Positions 18,936 through 29,345 of a stretch of 64,000 nt of DNA are shown here, one piece after another. How positions within the stretch are numbered: the first letter of the stretch is position 1; each line of letters begins with the position of its first letter. The notes under the pieces were generated by a model. The model was given only the letters and a program-made list of their open reading frames with translations, was not told the DNA's origin and searched no databases. Both the position numbers and the translations under genes were made by a program. Source of the DNA: Pelagomonas calceolata (lineage: Eukaryota); the NCBI GenBank assembly GCA_918797485.1, contig CAKKNE010000002.1, positions 372,001-436,000 on the forward strand, written 5' to 3'.

Positions 18936-19394
18936 TTTGTAAAACGCGTCGTTCGTCTGATCTAGTTGCTGACGCCTCCCTGTAGACTGAGAGAGATTTG
19001 GGACGCCCGGGTTTTTCAGCGGCCATGCCCTTGAGGGATACAGATTCGGTTTTCTGTAACGCTGAGTGGGACGAGGCAATAGCGTGCTACATGGGTCTGG
19101 TGAGCCCGGCGTGTAAGGGGCATGCAGCCCGGGGGGTCGTGCTGGATGTCACAGGCGCTCCGGGGCTGGACCCGTACGGCGATGAGCTAGGCTAGCGTCC
19201 ACAAAACCGAGTAACTAGTATATATATTGCAACTCGCTCGCGCCGCAATCGGAAGAGTGCGTGCGTCCGTCGGCAATTCCTGGCGGCCAGGCGGCTCTGC
19301 TGCCACGCGGAGCTTCTGATCTCCGCCCGACGAGCCTTGAATTTTAAGTAACACCAAGCTCTAAATTTAGCTGCTCTGTGTGCCGCGGGAAATC

Positions 19395-20345
19395 ATGACC
19401 TCGTCGCGCGGGACGACTGCCTACGGTGCTATTATGCTCGCGTTCCCCTGTGTGGATATCAATCGGTAGTCCGCGTGAGTCGGCGTGACCGACCCGACGG
19501 GTGGACGCATCTGTGATTTGACCTCCGCACGCAGGCGCTGACCCTCGTCATCATGGCCGCGATCGTGGGCCTGTTAGTATTGATGGTTTATCTGTGTACG
19601 AACATCGCCTACAAGTTCATCCCGGACAAGGCCAAGAAGAATGTCAAGCGCATGTTCACGCGCAAGAAGGACGGCGCGGCCGCCGACGACGACTCTGGAG
19701 CGGGCATCAAACGGGGGCGCTCCGTCGTCGAGGCCGGCCTGAGCTTCCGCGACACCGTGCTGGACTTCTTCTTCCTCCGCGAGCCGCAGTGCAAAATACC
19801 GAATTATACGGCGCCTTCGATTTTTCGACGTCATCGATGGCCTTCGCCGCAGTGCGACAGTCACTCCTACTCCCGTGCAGGCCGTCTACGTTCTGTATAG
19901 CGAGTTCCTCAATTTCTTCGTGTGGTTCATCAAATTCCTGCCGTTGTTTATTATTCTCTTTCCCATTCATAAAGCGATGTGGTTTGAGGAGAAGGACTTC
20001 GACGGCCCCATCCCGGCGGGCGCCGGCGCGGGCGGCAACCTCTTCGACTACCTGCTCTGCCGCAAGTCGTGCCGCTACTACCACTACGTCAAGGACGACC
20101 GCCCGCGCTGCGTGCAGCCGGAGACGCACAACATCTCCCGGCCGTCGATCCGGAACATCGTGGACGTGTTCCACGCCGAGGGATTCTCGACGATGCGGCG
20201 CTTCGACTCGACCTTCGGCACGACGGACCCCCACGAGGCGTTTAAGCCGCCCGTGGACGACGCCGCCGACGCTCCGGCGGAGCCCGAAACGGAGCGCGAG
20301 GGGACCGGCGACGCTGTCGACGACGAGGCGTCATCGGACCCATAG
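19395..20345 (+). CDS. Hypothetical membrane protein, 3 exons
   Basis: Exon 1 is 19395-19439, followed by GC-AG intron 19440-19534. Exon 2 starts 19535 and ends at an uncertain donor (19757 GT or 19781 GA). Acceptor ends at 19880 and exon 3 is 19881-20345. Hydrophobic segments occur in exons 1-3. Confidence 0.6.
19448..19534 (+). mobile_element. Short decayed introner element (95-nt GC-AG intron)
   Basis: 5' TIR CTGTGTGGATATCAA starts exactly 8 nt after the GC donor. TSD is decayed (GCGTTCCC / GCGCTGAC). 3' end reads TTGACCTCCGCACGCAG. Confidence 0.75.
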
Positions 20346-20368
20346 GGATTTCTAAGACTGGAGAAGGA

Positions 20369-21352
20369 TTACGCCGCCGCCGCCTCGGGCTTGGCCTCGT
20401 GGCATAGTTCACAGGACGCCGCGTCGGCCGCGTTGCGCGCGAAGCACAGGTTGCAGCGCCAGCCGACCGCGGGCCGCGTGAACCGGAACGGTCGGGCCAC
20501 CTTCTCGCCGAAGTTCTCGGGGGCGGGGCGGGAGGTGTAGCCCGCGCGGTACTTGTCGCGCCACTGCTCGAGCTTCGACCCGTACGGCGTCACGACCTTC
20601 GGCGCCTCGTCACTTCGGCGTGCCACGCGGCCGAGCGTTCCCGTAAAGGCGCCGGTCTGCTCCGCCGCCTCCGAGGGGGTCACGCGCGGCGCCGGCGAGA
20701 CGACCGGCGAGGCGTCGGCCGGCGTCTTCGGCGGCGGCGTGTGCCGCGGCCGCAGTGCGAGCGGCGAGGCCTTCGCCGGCGACGGCAGCGCGAGCGGCGC
20801 GTCCTCCTTCGCCGGCGGCGCGGCGTCGTTCTCGTCGCGCGAGAAGAGGTCGCGGCGCACGGCTGTCTTTTCCGGCGTGGCCGCAGCAGGCGCGACGGGC
20901 GACCAGCGCACGCGACGCGGCGACGCGACCGCGGGCGACTCGGGCGGCGGCGGCGGCGGCACGTAGGGGTGCGGCGTGCCGCGCGGCGGCGACTTCGTCG
21001 CGCTCCGTCGCCCCGACTTGCCGTTCGACGCGGGCCGCGGGGACCTCGGGCTCCGTGCGGACCGGGGCTTGCCGCCCGACGTGGGCTGAATGTTCTCAAG
21101 CGCCTTCAGCGGCGTCCGGCGGCGCTTCCGCGGCGTCGCCGACGCGGGCGCCGCGGGTGCGGCGCGCTCCGTGCAGCGCCGCCACTCGCCGAACGCCTTG
21201 GCACGCGCCCCGTGCGCCTCGGCCGCGCGGGCGCGCGCGGCGAAGACCTTGCAGAAACTCCGCGCGATGTTCACATCGTCGAGCCGCAGTTGTGATGCCG
21301 CGGCGACGAGCTCGTCCTGGGGCACTGTGGCCTCCTGCACTGAAGCGGCCAT
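20369..21352 (-). CDS. Pro/Ser-rich protein with C-terminal RanBP2-type zinc finger
   Basis: WRCNLCFARNAADAASCELC motif, D-box-like RTPLKALEN and many SP/TP sites. Confidence 0.7.
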   Translation of the reverse strand: MAASVQEATVPQDELVAAASQLRLDDVNIARSFCKVFAARARAAEAHGARAKAFGEWRRCTERAAPAAPASATPRKRRRTPLKALENIQPTSGGKPRSARSPRSPRPASNGKSGRRSATKSPPRGTPHPYVPPPPPPESPAVASPRRVRWSPVAPAAATPEKTAVRRDLFSRDENDAAPPAKEDAPLALPSPAKASPLALRPRHTPPPKTPADASPVVSPAPRVTPSEAAEQTGAFTGTLGRVARRSDEAPKVVTPYGSKLEQWRDKYRAGYTSRPAPENFGEKVARPFRFTRPAVGWRCNLCFARNAADAASCELCHEAKPEAAAA

Positions 21353-21806
21353 CTCCTCGGTTCTCGCAGACCGCGGAATGGGGCAGCCTCCTTCTTGGGC
21401 ACCGCTCGAACGTTTTCAGTCCGCGGGACGGGGCAGTTGTGGGCCAGGAAAGCGCCGCACTGATTTTGGGTTAAAAAACAAACTGAAGCTTGTTTGTGCT
21501 TATGATGAGACCACAAAGACCGGCTTGCTCGGCCTCCGGATGCGTCTCGTTATAATTATTCCCTCTTTTCTTCGTCCGGAAGTTTGAACTCAAAAACCCG
21601 TTTTTTCTGGCGTTTTTTGGCCGGTTTTTTTTAGCTAAAAACTGGGGCTGCGCGCTATAACTGCTCGCTAATTTGCGCATTGCATCTATAACTTTGCGCT
21701 GCGGCACCTGCCGTGACCGCTGGCAAGCAGTCTGCAGGCAGCAGCCGATCCCAAGCAAGCGTGCAAAACGGCGCCGCCGGAGAAGCGCAAACGCCGGACC
21801 TCAGGC

Positions 21807-23594
21807 ATGGTGGACGACAACGGCGCGCCAGCAGCGCCGCCGGCGCGGCTGGAAGAGCTGCGCGCGCTGGTCGACGACGCGCTGCGGGGCGACTGCGCGG
21901 CGACGGCGGTCTGGTACGCCGACAAGCTCGCGACGCTGAGCCGGGGCGCCGTCGAGGACGAGCTGCGCCTCGCGCGCGCCTACGCCGCGGGCGGCGACCC
22001 CGCGCGCGCGGCGCGGCTGCTCGAGGCGCGCCTCGGCGCGGGCCCCGGCGCGCCGCCGCGGCCGCTCGTCGCGCAGTTCCGGCGCGGCGATCGAAGTTCG
22101 ACAGCAGCACCAGAGCTGCGCGCGCGGCTCCTCGCCGCGCGCTGCCTCGCGCGCTGCGGTCGCCACCGCGAGTGCTGCGAGACGCTGGAGCCGGCCCTGC
22201 GCGACGTCGCGGCGGCCGACGACGGCGCGCTGCCGCGGGCGGGCGGCGGCCCTCCAGCGGCTGCGGCGGCACCTGCGGGCGTCGACCTCGCGGCGGCGGC
22301 GTGCGCGTGCGTCGGCGCGGCCTACGAGGCCCTGGAGAACCGGCCGCGGAGCGTCGCGTGGCTCGTGCGGGCGCTGAGGCTGGACGCGGGCTGCGCCGAG
22401 GCGTTGGACTTCGTCGTGGACCGGCGGCTGTTGTCTGCGGACGAGGAGGCGTGGCTGCGCGACGAAACGGCCGCGGCGCTCGAGGGTTCCGATAGGGCCT
22501 GGGTCGCGGCGGTCTACGGCGCGCGCCTCGGGTGCCGGGACGCGGACCCGGCCGGCGACGCGGCGCGCTTCGAGGCTTTAGAGAGGGTCCACGGATTGGG
22601 CGACAACCAGGAGGTGTTACGGGCGCGGGCGGAACGGTGCTACACGGCGCACGATTATAGAGGAGCCTACGAGGTCGCGCGGCGCGTGAGGGAACGGGAC
22701 CCCTACGACTTTGGCTGCGCGCCGGTCTACCTCGCGTCCTTGGTCGAGCTCGGCGCGAAGCACGAGCTGTTCAGCACGGCGCACGAGCTGGCCAAGGCCT
22801 ACCCTCAAAAAGCTTGTTCGTGGTTCGCCGTCGGCTGCTACTACCTACTGGTAAAAAAGAACGACCAGGCCCAGCGCCACTTCCACAAGGCCTGCAAGCT
22901 CGCGCCGCGCTTCGCGCCGGCCTGGATTGGCTTCGGCAACGCCTTCGCGGCGCAGGACGAGAGCGAGCAGGCCATGGCCGCCTACCGCACCGCTTCTAGG
23001 TTATTTCAAGGGTCGCACGTGCCGCTGGCGTACATCGGCATGGAATACCTGCGGACGAACAACCTGCCGCTGGCGAAGCACTTCCTGCGGGGCGCGAAGA
23101 AGCTCTGCGCGTCGGACCCGCTCGTGGCGAACGAGCTGGGCGTCGTCGAGATGCGGCAGGGTCTCCTGGACGACGCGTGCCGCACGTTCCAGGAGGTGCT
23201 GCGGTTGCTGGAGCGCCTGCCGGAGCGCGCGCCGCTGCGGCGGGCCTGCGCGGCGTCCGTCTTCAACCTCGCCCAGTGTTATCGCAAAAGGCGCCGCTTC
23301 GAGGACGCGGCGCGCGCCTTCGGCGTCGCGCTCTCGCTCGAGCCGGGCGACGCGGCCGCGCGCGGCGCGCTCGGCGTCGCGCTGCACGCGCTCGGCGGCG
23401 CGCACGTGCACCGCGCCGTCGAGTGCTACCACGTCGCGCTGGCCATGCGGCCCGACGACACGTTCTGCTCGGAGATGTTGAGTCGGGCGCTGCGCGACGT
23501 CGCCAGCGTGGACTTCGACGACGCGGCGCTGCTCGCCGAGCACCGCCTTGCCGCGGCGCGAATTGATGACGACGACGATGCGGCGATGGCGTGA
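21807..23594 (+). CDS. CDC16: Anaphase-promoting complex subunit 6 (TPR)
   Basis: TAVWYADKL, SWFAVGCYY, FAPAWIGFGNAFAAQDESEQAMAAYRTASRLFQGSHVPLAYIGMEY and DPLVANELGV. Confidence 0.93.
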   Translation: MVDDNGAPAAPPARLEELRALVDDALRGDCAATAVWYADKLATLSRGAVEDELRLARAYAAGGDPARAARLLEARLGAGPGAPPRPLVAQFRRGDRSSTAAPELRARLLAARCLARCGRHRECCETLEPALRDVAAADDGALPRAGGGPPAAAAAPAGVDLAAAACACVGAAYEALENRPRSVAWLVRALRLDAGCAEALDFVVDRRLLSADEEAWLRDETAAALEGSDRAWVAAVYGARLGCRDADPAGDAARFEALERVHGLGDNQEVLRARAERCYTAHDYRGAYEVARRVRERDPYDFGCAPVYLASLVELGAKHELFSTAHELAKAYPQKACSWFAVGCYYLLVKKNDQAQRHFHKACKLAPRFAPAWIGFGNAFAAQDESEQAMAAYRTASRLFQGSHVPLAYIGMEYLRTNNLPLAKHFLRGAKKLCASDPLVANELGVVEMRQGLLDDACRTFQEVLRLLERLPERAPLRRACAASVFNLAQCYRKRRRFEDAARAFGVALSLEPGDAAARGALGVALHALGGAHVHRAVECYHVALAMRPDDTFCSEMLSRALRDVASVDFDDAALLAEHRLAAARIDDDDDAAMA

Positions 23595-23655
23595 CTTCTA
23601 ACTTTGGCTAGTGCTTAGCCGGCTTACCGTGCGTTTCTGGAGTTTTCGCGTGATT

Positions 23656-23679
23656 GCTAGTGTCTTACAGACCGCTAGC
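23656..23679 (+). promoter_or_regulatory. GCTAG dyad motif copy
   Basis: GCTAGTGTCTTACAGACCGCTAGC, 193 bp before the LYR-gene ATG. Confidence 0.65.
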
Positions 23680-23871
23680 TCGTCCTGAGCGCAGGAGTCA
23701 CAAAACTTGATTGCTCGGCTCCAGAGATTGTCAGACACTCTTGTCAGACACTCAGTGACTTCGCGCTTGTGCCTTTCCGAACAGCTGTCGCAGTGCTGGG
23801 CAGTACTGCGAGCACTGGAGGCCTCACAGGCTACACTGCTGAATCAGCCCAGATCTTTGGCTGACCAAAAA

Positions 23872-24285
23872 ATGCTCTCCCGTGGCGCACCACACCGCAT
23901 ACGAGCACTGCGAAGAGCCATGACAACAACGCCAAACCCGGCGACGCTCGCGGCCTTCCGGCGGCTCATGCGCGCGCGCGCGGCGCTCTTCGCCGACGAC
24001 GCGTACGCCCTGGACGCGTCGCGGACGAAGCTGCGCGACGAGTTCATGCAGCACCGCGGCTGTACGGACGCGGGCGAGATCGACGAACTCCTCGCGGGCG
24101 CCGCCGAGGTCGAGGATTTGTTACGGAACAACGTCGTCCAGGGCCGCCGGCAGGAGGCCTCGGGCGCCTTCAAGTTCAAGGTCAAGGGCGCGTCCGGCGA
24201 GGACGAGCTCGCGCACCGCGCGGAGCCCGTCGACGACCTCGAGATCGCGCTCGCCGAGGCGGAGTTGGAGGGTAAGAAGTCTTAG
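23872..24285 (+). CDS. LYR-motif protein (LYRM7/Mzm1-like complex III chaperone)
   Basis: AFRRLMRARAALFADD...LRDEF...EVEDLLRNNVVQG. Arg-rich presequence. Alternative ATG at 23920. Confidence 0.75.
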   Translation: MLSRGAPHRIRALRRAMTTTPNPATLAAFRRLMRARAALFADDAYALDASRTKLRDEFMQHRGCTDAGEIDELLAGAAEVEDLLRNNVVQGRRQEASGAFKFKVKGASGEDELAHRAEPVDDLEIALAEAELEGKKS

Positions 24286-24289
24286 CCTA

Positions 24290-25792
24290 CTACGCCGCAG
24301 ACTTCTTCTTCTTCTTCTTCTTGGCTTTGATCAGCTCGACGTCGCCCGACGCCTCCTTGCGCTTCTTCTTCTTCTTCTCTTTCTTCGAGGAAGACGGAGC
24401 GTCCGCCATCTCTACGTCCTCGCCGCGCTCGGCTCTCAAGGCAGCGGCGACCTCCTGCATGACGTCGACGTTGCGCCGCGGCGTCTCGCCCGAGTCGAAG
24501 AACTTGAGCCGCTCCTCGACCTGCTCGCGCATCGAGACGCCGTACTTGTCCGTCAATTCATCCGCAAAAGCGTCGATGCGCGACGCCATGGCGCACTTGT
24601 TCGCGAGGTAGCGCGAGACCCGGCCTTTATTCTTCTTCGCGGCCCGGCCGATGAATGTACTATGATAGATAAGGCCGTATTTCGGGGTGTTGCCCTTCTT
24701 CTTCAGAGCGCGGAACAGGGCCTTCTCCGCGCCTAGAATCTGGACCGTCGACGCGGGGCACTTCGCTAGCGATGCGAGACTTCCAGCCTTGGCTATTAAT
24801 CGAGCGCCGACGCTATCACCGACCAAGGTAGATAAGTTCGGTGCCACGGCCTGCATCTTCTCCCCTAAATATTTGGACAGATCAGCCCTATAGGTAGCGA
24901 GAGCCACCATTCTTTTCGTGAACGCCATCACATTAGCCATGTCGCCCGCCGAACAGTCCATGCCCATGCTTTGTCTAGCTGCCTTCACTATACTATCAGC
25001 CAGCTGCACGCCGTCGTCGGACGCATCAGAAGGATCGCGCACGGCACTCGCGAGGTCGTCCTTGGCACTTTCGCCGTTATCTACAGATTCAAGAAAGGAC
25101 GCCCGATCGCCCACGACGCAAGCGGCACGAGCGAACGCGTAGTTCTCCCTCACTAAATCCTTCAATTCCGGAAAGTGCCACGAGTACCACTCCTTGACGC
25201 GCATCGAGAAGGTGTTCACGTCCTTGTCCAAGGTATCTAACAGACCGATGGCCTGGATGATCATGTTGTCGGCGCGCGCGGGGTTGAATTTCACTTTGCA
25301 TCTCGAGAAGGCGTGGCCCAGGCCCAGTTGCGCCTGCTCCAGCAGGTTGTTCTGCAGTTCCGGCACGAACTTTGTCAAATGCTGCGTCGCACCTCGTAGC
25401 AACTCCCGGACCACATCATCTGAGCGGCAGTGGGCGCCCGTGGCCTCGGCGATGGCCTTGCCCAGGTCCGGCTCGACGACACCCAAACTAAATGCGGGGC
25501 CCTTCTTCTTCTTCTTCGAGGACACGGGCGGCAGATTCGTCTCGAGGAACGACTTCAATCGATCAGGGACACTATGCTCGGCGATGGCATTGATGTTTTC
25601 TAGGGCTTGTTCCGCCGAATTGAAGGCAATAAAAGCCTTCAGCTTGCAGATGCGCTTGAAGGCGTCCGCGTCGGCGATGGCCGCCTGGAGCTCGGGGGTT
25701 AGCGACGCGACCTCGTCCAACTCAACCACATCAAAGAGCGCGTAGCCCGACGCGGCCTCGTGGAGCACGTAGAGGGCCGAGGCCTTGCTCAT
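24290..25792 (-). CDS. NOP56: Nucleolar protein 56 (box C/D snoRNP)
   Basis: LYVLHEAASGYALF, AQLGLGHAFSRCKVKFN, DNMIIQ, LDKDVNTFSMRVKEWY, PASTVQILGAEKALFRALK, TPKYGLIYHS and a Lys-rich tail. Confidence 0.96.
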   Translation of the reverse strand: MSKASALYVLHEAASGYALFDVVELDEVASLTPELQAAIADADAFKRICKLKAFIAFNSAEQALENINAIAEHSVPDRLKSFLETNLPPVSSKKKKKGPAFSLGVVEPDLGKAIAEATGAHCRSDDVVRELLRGATQHLTKFVPELQNNLLEQAQLGLGHAFSRCKVKFNPARADNMIIQAIGLLDTLDKDVNTFSMRVKEWYSWHFPELKDLVRENYAFARAACVVGDRASFLESVDNGESAKDDLASAVRDPSDASDDGVQLADSIVKAARQSMGMDCSAGDMANVMAFTKRMVALATYRADLSKYLGEKMQAVAPNLSTLVGDSVGARLIAKAGSLASLAKCPASTVQILGAEKALFRALKKKGNTPKYGLIYHSTFIGRAAKKNKGRVSRYLANKCAMASRIDAFADELTDKYGVSMREQVEERLKFFDSGETPRRNVDVMQEVAAALRAERGEDVEMADAPSSSKKEKKKKKRKEASGDVELIKAKKKKKKKSAA

Positions 25793-26377
25793 CGTGCGCG
25801 CGCGCCGCGGCGGTGCCCGGTGCCTCGCTGCCTTGAGTCCTTTGCAGGCCTGTGGCGCGGGCCGGCTCTTTTTGTACGCTAGCAAGAATAAGGGCGAGGA
25901 AGGGCAATAACGCTTGCGAAGGCTGTCAATCGCTGCCTCCGGCGCGTCGCCGCCCCGCTTTGCGCCTGCTGCAGTCTGCTCTCTTGCCCCGGCCGGACCC
26001 CTCCTCAGAGCCCAACCGATGCCCTGATGAAGCCCACCGATACTTGCCAGTGCACTCTGAACGAAGAAAAGCGCCGTGCGGGGGCTAAACCTTGCCCACC
26101 GCCACGAGCCGCAACAGACAAGACGGCTGCAGGACTCGTGCCCGCCGCGCAGGTGCTGGGGAGCCCGGGGACGTGTCGGCGAGCTCAAAGGCTAGAGGGC
26201 AATTTGCGCCCAGTCCAGCGCTCGGCTGCCTGGCTTTTTGGGCGCCGCGCTCGACGCCTGAAACCGCAGCCCGTGCCGCGGAGCCGACAAGCGACACTAC
26301 CAAACATCCCGCGGGAGCCGACGAAGCGCCGCGCAAGCCCGCCAGGCATAGAGTAGGGGGCTGCCCCGCCAGGCAGG

Positions 26378-26713
26378 ATGGCGAACCAGGCGGCGCCGCC
26401 GGCCTTCAAGGACCTCACCGAGTCCGAGTACCAGAAGGTCGTGTCGAAGCCGGTAGTCCAGTCCTGCGACATGGTGCCCGCGGAGCAGGCGAACGAGGCT
26501 GTGGAAGTGATAAGTATGGCGGTCGACAAGCACGTTTCCACCGGAAACTACGAGGCCATGTGCAAGATCGTCAAGGAGACGATGGACCGGAAGTACGGGC
26601 CCCAGTGGCACTGCGCGATCGGCGAGGGGTTTGGATTTGACGTCACGTACCAGCAGCCGAACATGATCTACGTCTACTACGGCAAGATCGGCATCCTGCT
26701 CTTCAAGTGCTAG
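26378..26713 (+). CDS. Dynein light chain (LC8 family, DNAL4-like)
   Basis: KIVKETMDRKYGPQWHCAIGEGFGFDVT and ILLFKC. Confidence 0.9.
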   Translation: MANQAAPPAFKDLTESEYQKVVSKPVVQSCDMVPAEQANEAVEVISMAVDKHVSTGNYEAMCKIVKETMDRKYGPQWHCAIGEGFGFDVTYQQPNMIYVYYGKIGILLFKC

Positions 26714-27266
26714 GCGTTTTTATAAAGGCGTGTGGATTTTTCTTCTTCTTGGTGGGGGGGGGCTCGTCGGCCGGGGTCGCGTCTCGACCGGTCGCCGGGT
26801 GCGCTAGGCGCGTCGCGGAGACCGCTCCTCCGCCGTACTACTCTTCGACGCGTGGCTTCTTGGAATTTACTTTTCGGCCGCGCCGGCGGCGTCGACGGAT
26901 GCGCCTTCTACGCGTGGTCGTCGCGCCCCCTCGAGGGTCGTCCGTGCGAGTAGGCCGCTTCTCCGTGGCGCTGGGGCGCGGTCTTTTCCGACGCGTACCT
27001 TCTTGGTTTTTTTACCTGTCGGCCGCGCCGACGGCGTCGCATGCATATTCGTGCGGGTTTTGGGCTGGGCTTGATTGTAAAAAAAGCAGTCCTTGTCCGG
27101 CCAGCGCTCGCGTTGCTGGGTCAAAACGATCATAACAACTCGGACGTTGTCGCTGCATCGCACGGACGCGTGCGAAACTGACAGAGAAGCCCTGCAGCCG
27201 AAACCGCTGCACACACGCGGCGCAAGAACTCCGCACGCGACGAGGGAAGGGCTACGCAACGCAGCA

Positions 27267-27935
27267 ATGGATGAGGCAAGAGACCCGCTGCCCGAGCTAT
27301 CCTTCCGCGGATTAACAGAAGACGACCACGCCGTGATCAAGGCGCTCCACGAGGACTGGTTCCCCGTGCGCTACTCGGCGGGGTTCTACGACGCGGCCGT
27401 GCGCGGGCGCATGGTCGGCACGGGCGAGGCCATCTTCCACCTCGTGGCCGAGGACGCGCGGACGCGCGAGATGGTCGGGCTCGTCACCGCGCAGCTCACC
27501 GATGCCAGGAGGTGCGGCGACGCGTTGTTTGAGCCGGCCCGTGATTTTGATTTAAACGAGTGCGAGCGCGTGGTGTACGTGCTGACGCTGGGGACCGTCG
27601 CGAAATATCGACGACGGGGCGTCTCCACGGAGTTATTGAGGAGGTGCCTCGCGCGCGCGGAAGCGGAGCCGCGCTGCGGCTGCGTCTACCTCCACGTCAT
27701 CACGTATAACGCGGCGGCCATCGCCTTTTACGAGCGCGCCGGCTTCGAGCGGGTCCGGGAGATCCCGAACTACTACCGGATTGAGGGAGAGGACTACGCG
27801 TGCTATGTCTACGCGCGCTTCCTCGACCGCGCGCGGCGGGCGCCCGGCGCGGCGCCGTCCCTCTGGCTCGCGTCGTCGCTCGCGGGCCTCGTGCCGGCGG
27901 CGTTCCGGAGCTGCTTCAAGCGGCGGCTCTGGTGA
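27267..27935 (+). CDS. NAA60: N-alpha-acetyltransferase 60-like GNAT
   Basis: LHEDWFPVRY, YVLTLGT...YRRRGV, VYLHVITYNAAAIAFYE and NYYRI. Confidence 0.85.
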   Translation: MDEARDPLPELSFRGLTEDDHAVIKALHEDWFPVRYSAGFYDAAVRGRMVGTGEAIFHLVAEDARTREMVGLVTAQLTDARRCGDALFEPARDFDLNECERVVYVLTLGTVAKYRRRGVSTELLRRCLARAEAEPRCGCVYLHVITYNAAAIAFYERAGFERVREIPNYYRIEGEDYACYVYARFLDRARRAPGAAPSLWLASSLAGLVPAAFRSCFKRRLW

Positions 27936-28656
27936 ACTTTGTTCGGGCTTCTCTGTGTTTTTTGGTAAGTTTGTGCTAGCAATTTGGGTCCGTATTGGCG
28001 TCCTGTAGAGGCGTCCTGTGGGCGTCCGTTTGTTTGGGGCCCTGAGGCGCGTTTTCTGTGCCGTCAAAGCCCAGAGCTCTCTGTGGTCTCGTCACGGGTC
28101 TGTGACGAGTTTTAGCCGTCTTTGCGGCGGCGCCACTAGCTCGATGGCATTTGCGGGACCGTATCGTAGACTGAAAGTTGGCATTTACTCCGCGTCTATC
28201 CCAAACCACTGCCTGTACGTGTAAGCAGTTGCTCTTACGTCACGTCTACTTCTTTGGAGCAAAGAGATTTTGCGATCCGAGGCGGCGGAGCGGAGATAAG
28301 GCCAGGGCGAGCTGGAGACCTCCGTGGCCGCCGCGACGGCTCGGCGCGGCCGCGGCTGCAGCGGAGGTCCTAGCGAGCTGTTTGCGCCTGCCACTGCTGG
28401 CGCAGCACAACTTGCGTCGCAGCTGGAAGCCCCCAGCTGCCTCCGAGCGGTCATGCCGCGCCGAGCGGTCCGGATAGGCCGCGAGCGGCACGCCCGCCGA
28501 TGCGCCGAAAGGCCGTCGTTTGGCCGTCGTTTGGAGCGTTTGGCGGCCGCGGCCTGCGGACCGGCGGCCTGTGGAGAGACCACGAGGAAACCGAGCGAGA
28601 GAGAGACAAGTCCGTCGAGAGAACTAACCCCCCCGCCCCCCCGCGCAGACGTGACC

Positions 28657-29271
28657 ATGGCCAAGACCGCGGCGCTCTCGCTCTGCCTGGCGGTCGCCTC
28701 GGCGTTCCAGGGCCCCGCGCCGGCGCGGCCCGCGCCGCAGCTCGCGGCGTCGCCGAACAACCAGTACCAGAACGCGCTCGGCGCCCAGGCGCCGGCGGGC
28801 TTCTGGGACCCGATCGGCATCTCCGACGGCATCAGCCCGGAGCAGTTCCAACGGTACCGCAACGTCGAGCAGAAGCACGGCCGCATCGCGATGATCGCGA
28901 CGATCGGCTACGTCGTGCCCGAGAAGTTCGGCACCTTCGGCGACATCAAGCTCGGCGGCGACGTCAAGTTCTCGGACGTGCCGAACGGCGTCCAGGCGCT
29001 GTTCAAGATCCCGGCGGTGGGCCTCCTCCAGATCCTCCTCCTCATCGGCATCCTCGAGACGCAGTTCCCGAACGAGAACGGCGACTACGGCACGGGCTAC
29101 TTCGGCCAGTCGCTCGAGGAGCCGCTCAAGAGCCGCAAGCTCGCCATGGAGATCGCCAACGGCCGGCTCGCGATGCTCGGCATCATGGGCCTGCTCGCGC
29201 AGGACGTCGTCACGGGCGGCCACCCGCTCGCCGGCCCGAACTTCGGCGAGGGCGGCTTCGTGTCGCTCTAG
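28657..29271 (+). CDS. Fucoxanthin-chlorophyll a/c light-harvesting protein (LHC/FCP)
   Basis: ASAF targeting motif, GFWDPIG, EQKHGRIAM and EIANGRLAM. Confidence 0.96.
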   Translation: MAKTAALSLCLAVASAFQGPAPARPAPQLAASPNNQYQNALGAQAPAGFWDPIGISDGISPEQFQRYRNVEQKHGRIAMIATIGYVVPEKFGTFGDIKLGGDVKFSDVPNGVQALFKIPAVGLLQILLLIGILETQFPNENGDYGTGYFGQSLEEPLKSRKLAMEIANGRLAMLGIMGLLAQDVVTGGHPLAGPNFGEGGFVSL

Positions 29272-29345
29272 GTTTGTTCGTCATTGGAGCCGCGCGCTCG
29301 GGACGGGCGCGGCGCGTCTAAAAAAAACTGAATGGTACTACACAA

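Noticed and set aside
18998..19195. 65-aa ORF after the DUF3727-like gene
   Set aside because: It begins at a non-ATG codon, lacks host codon bias and has no recognisable motif. At most an unassignable fragment.
24290..26188. N-terminal extensions on listed ORFs (NOP56, LHC, NAA60, PPase, 35320 ORF)
   Set aside because: The extensions start at non-ATG codons or run through promoter DNA. Homology or signal peptides begin at the downstream ATGs used in the feature list.
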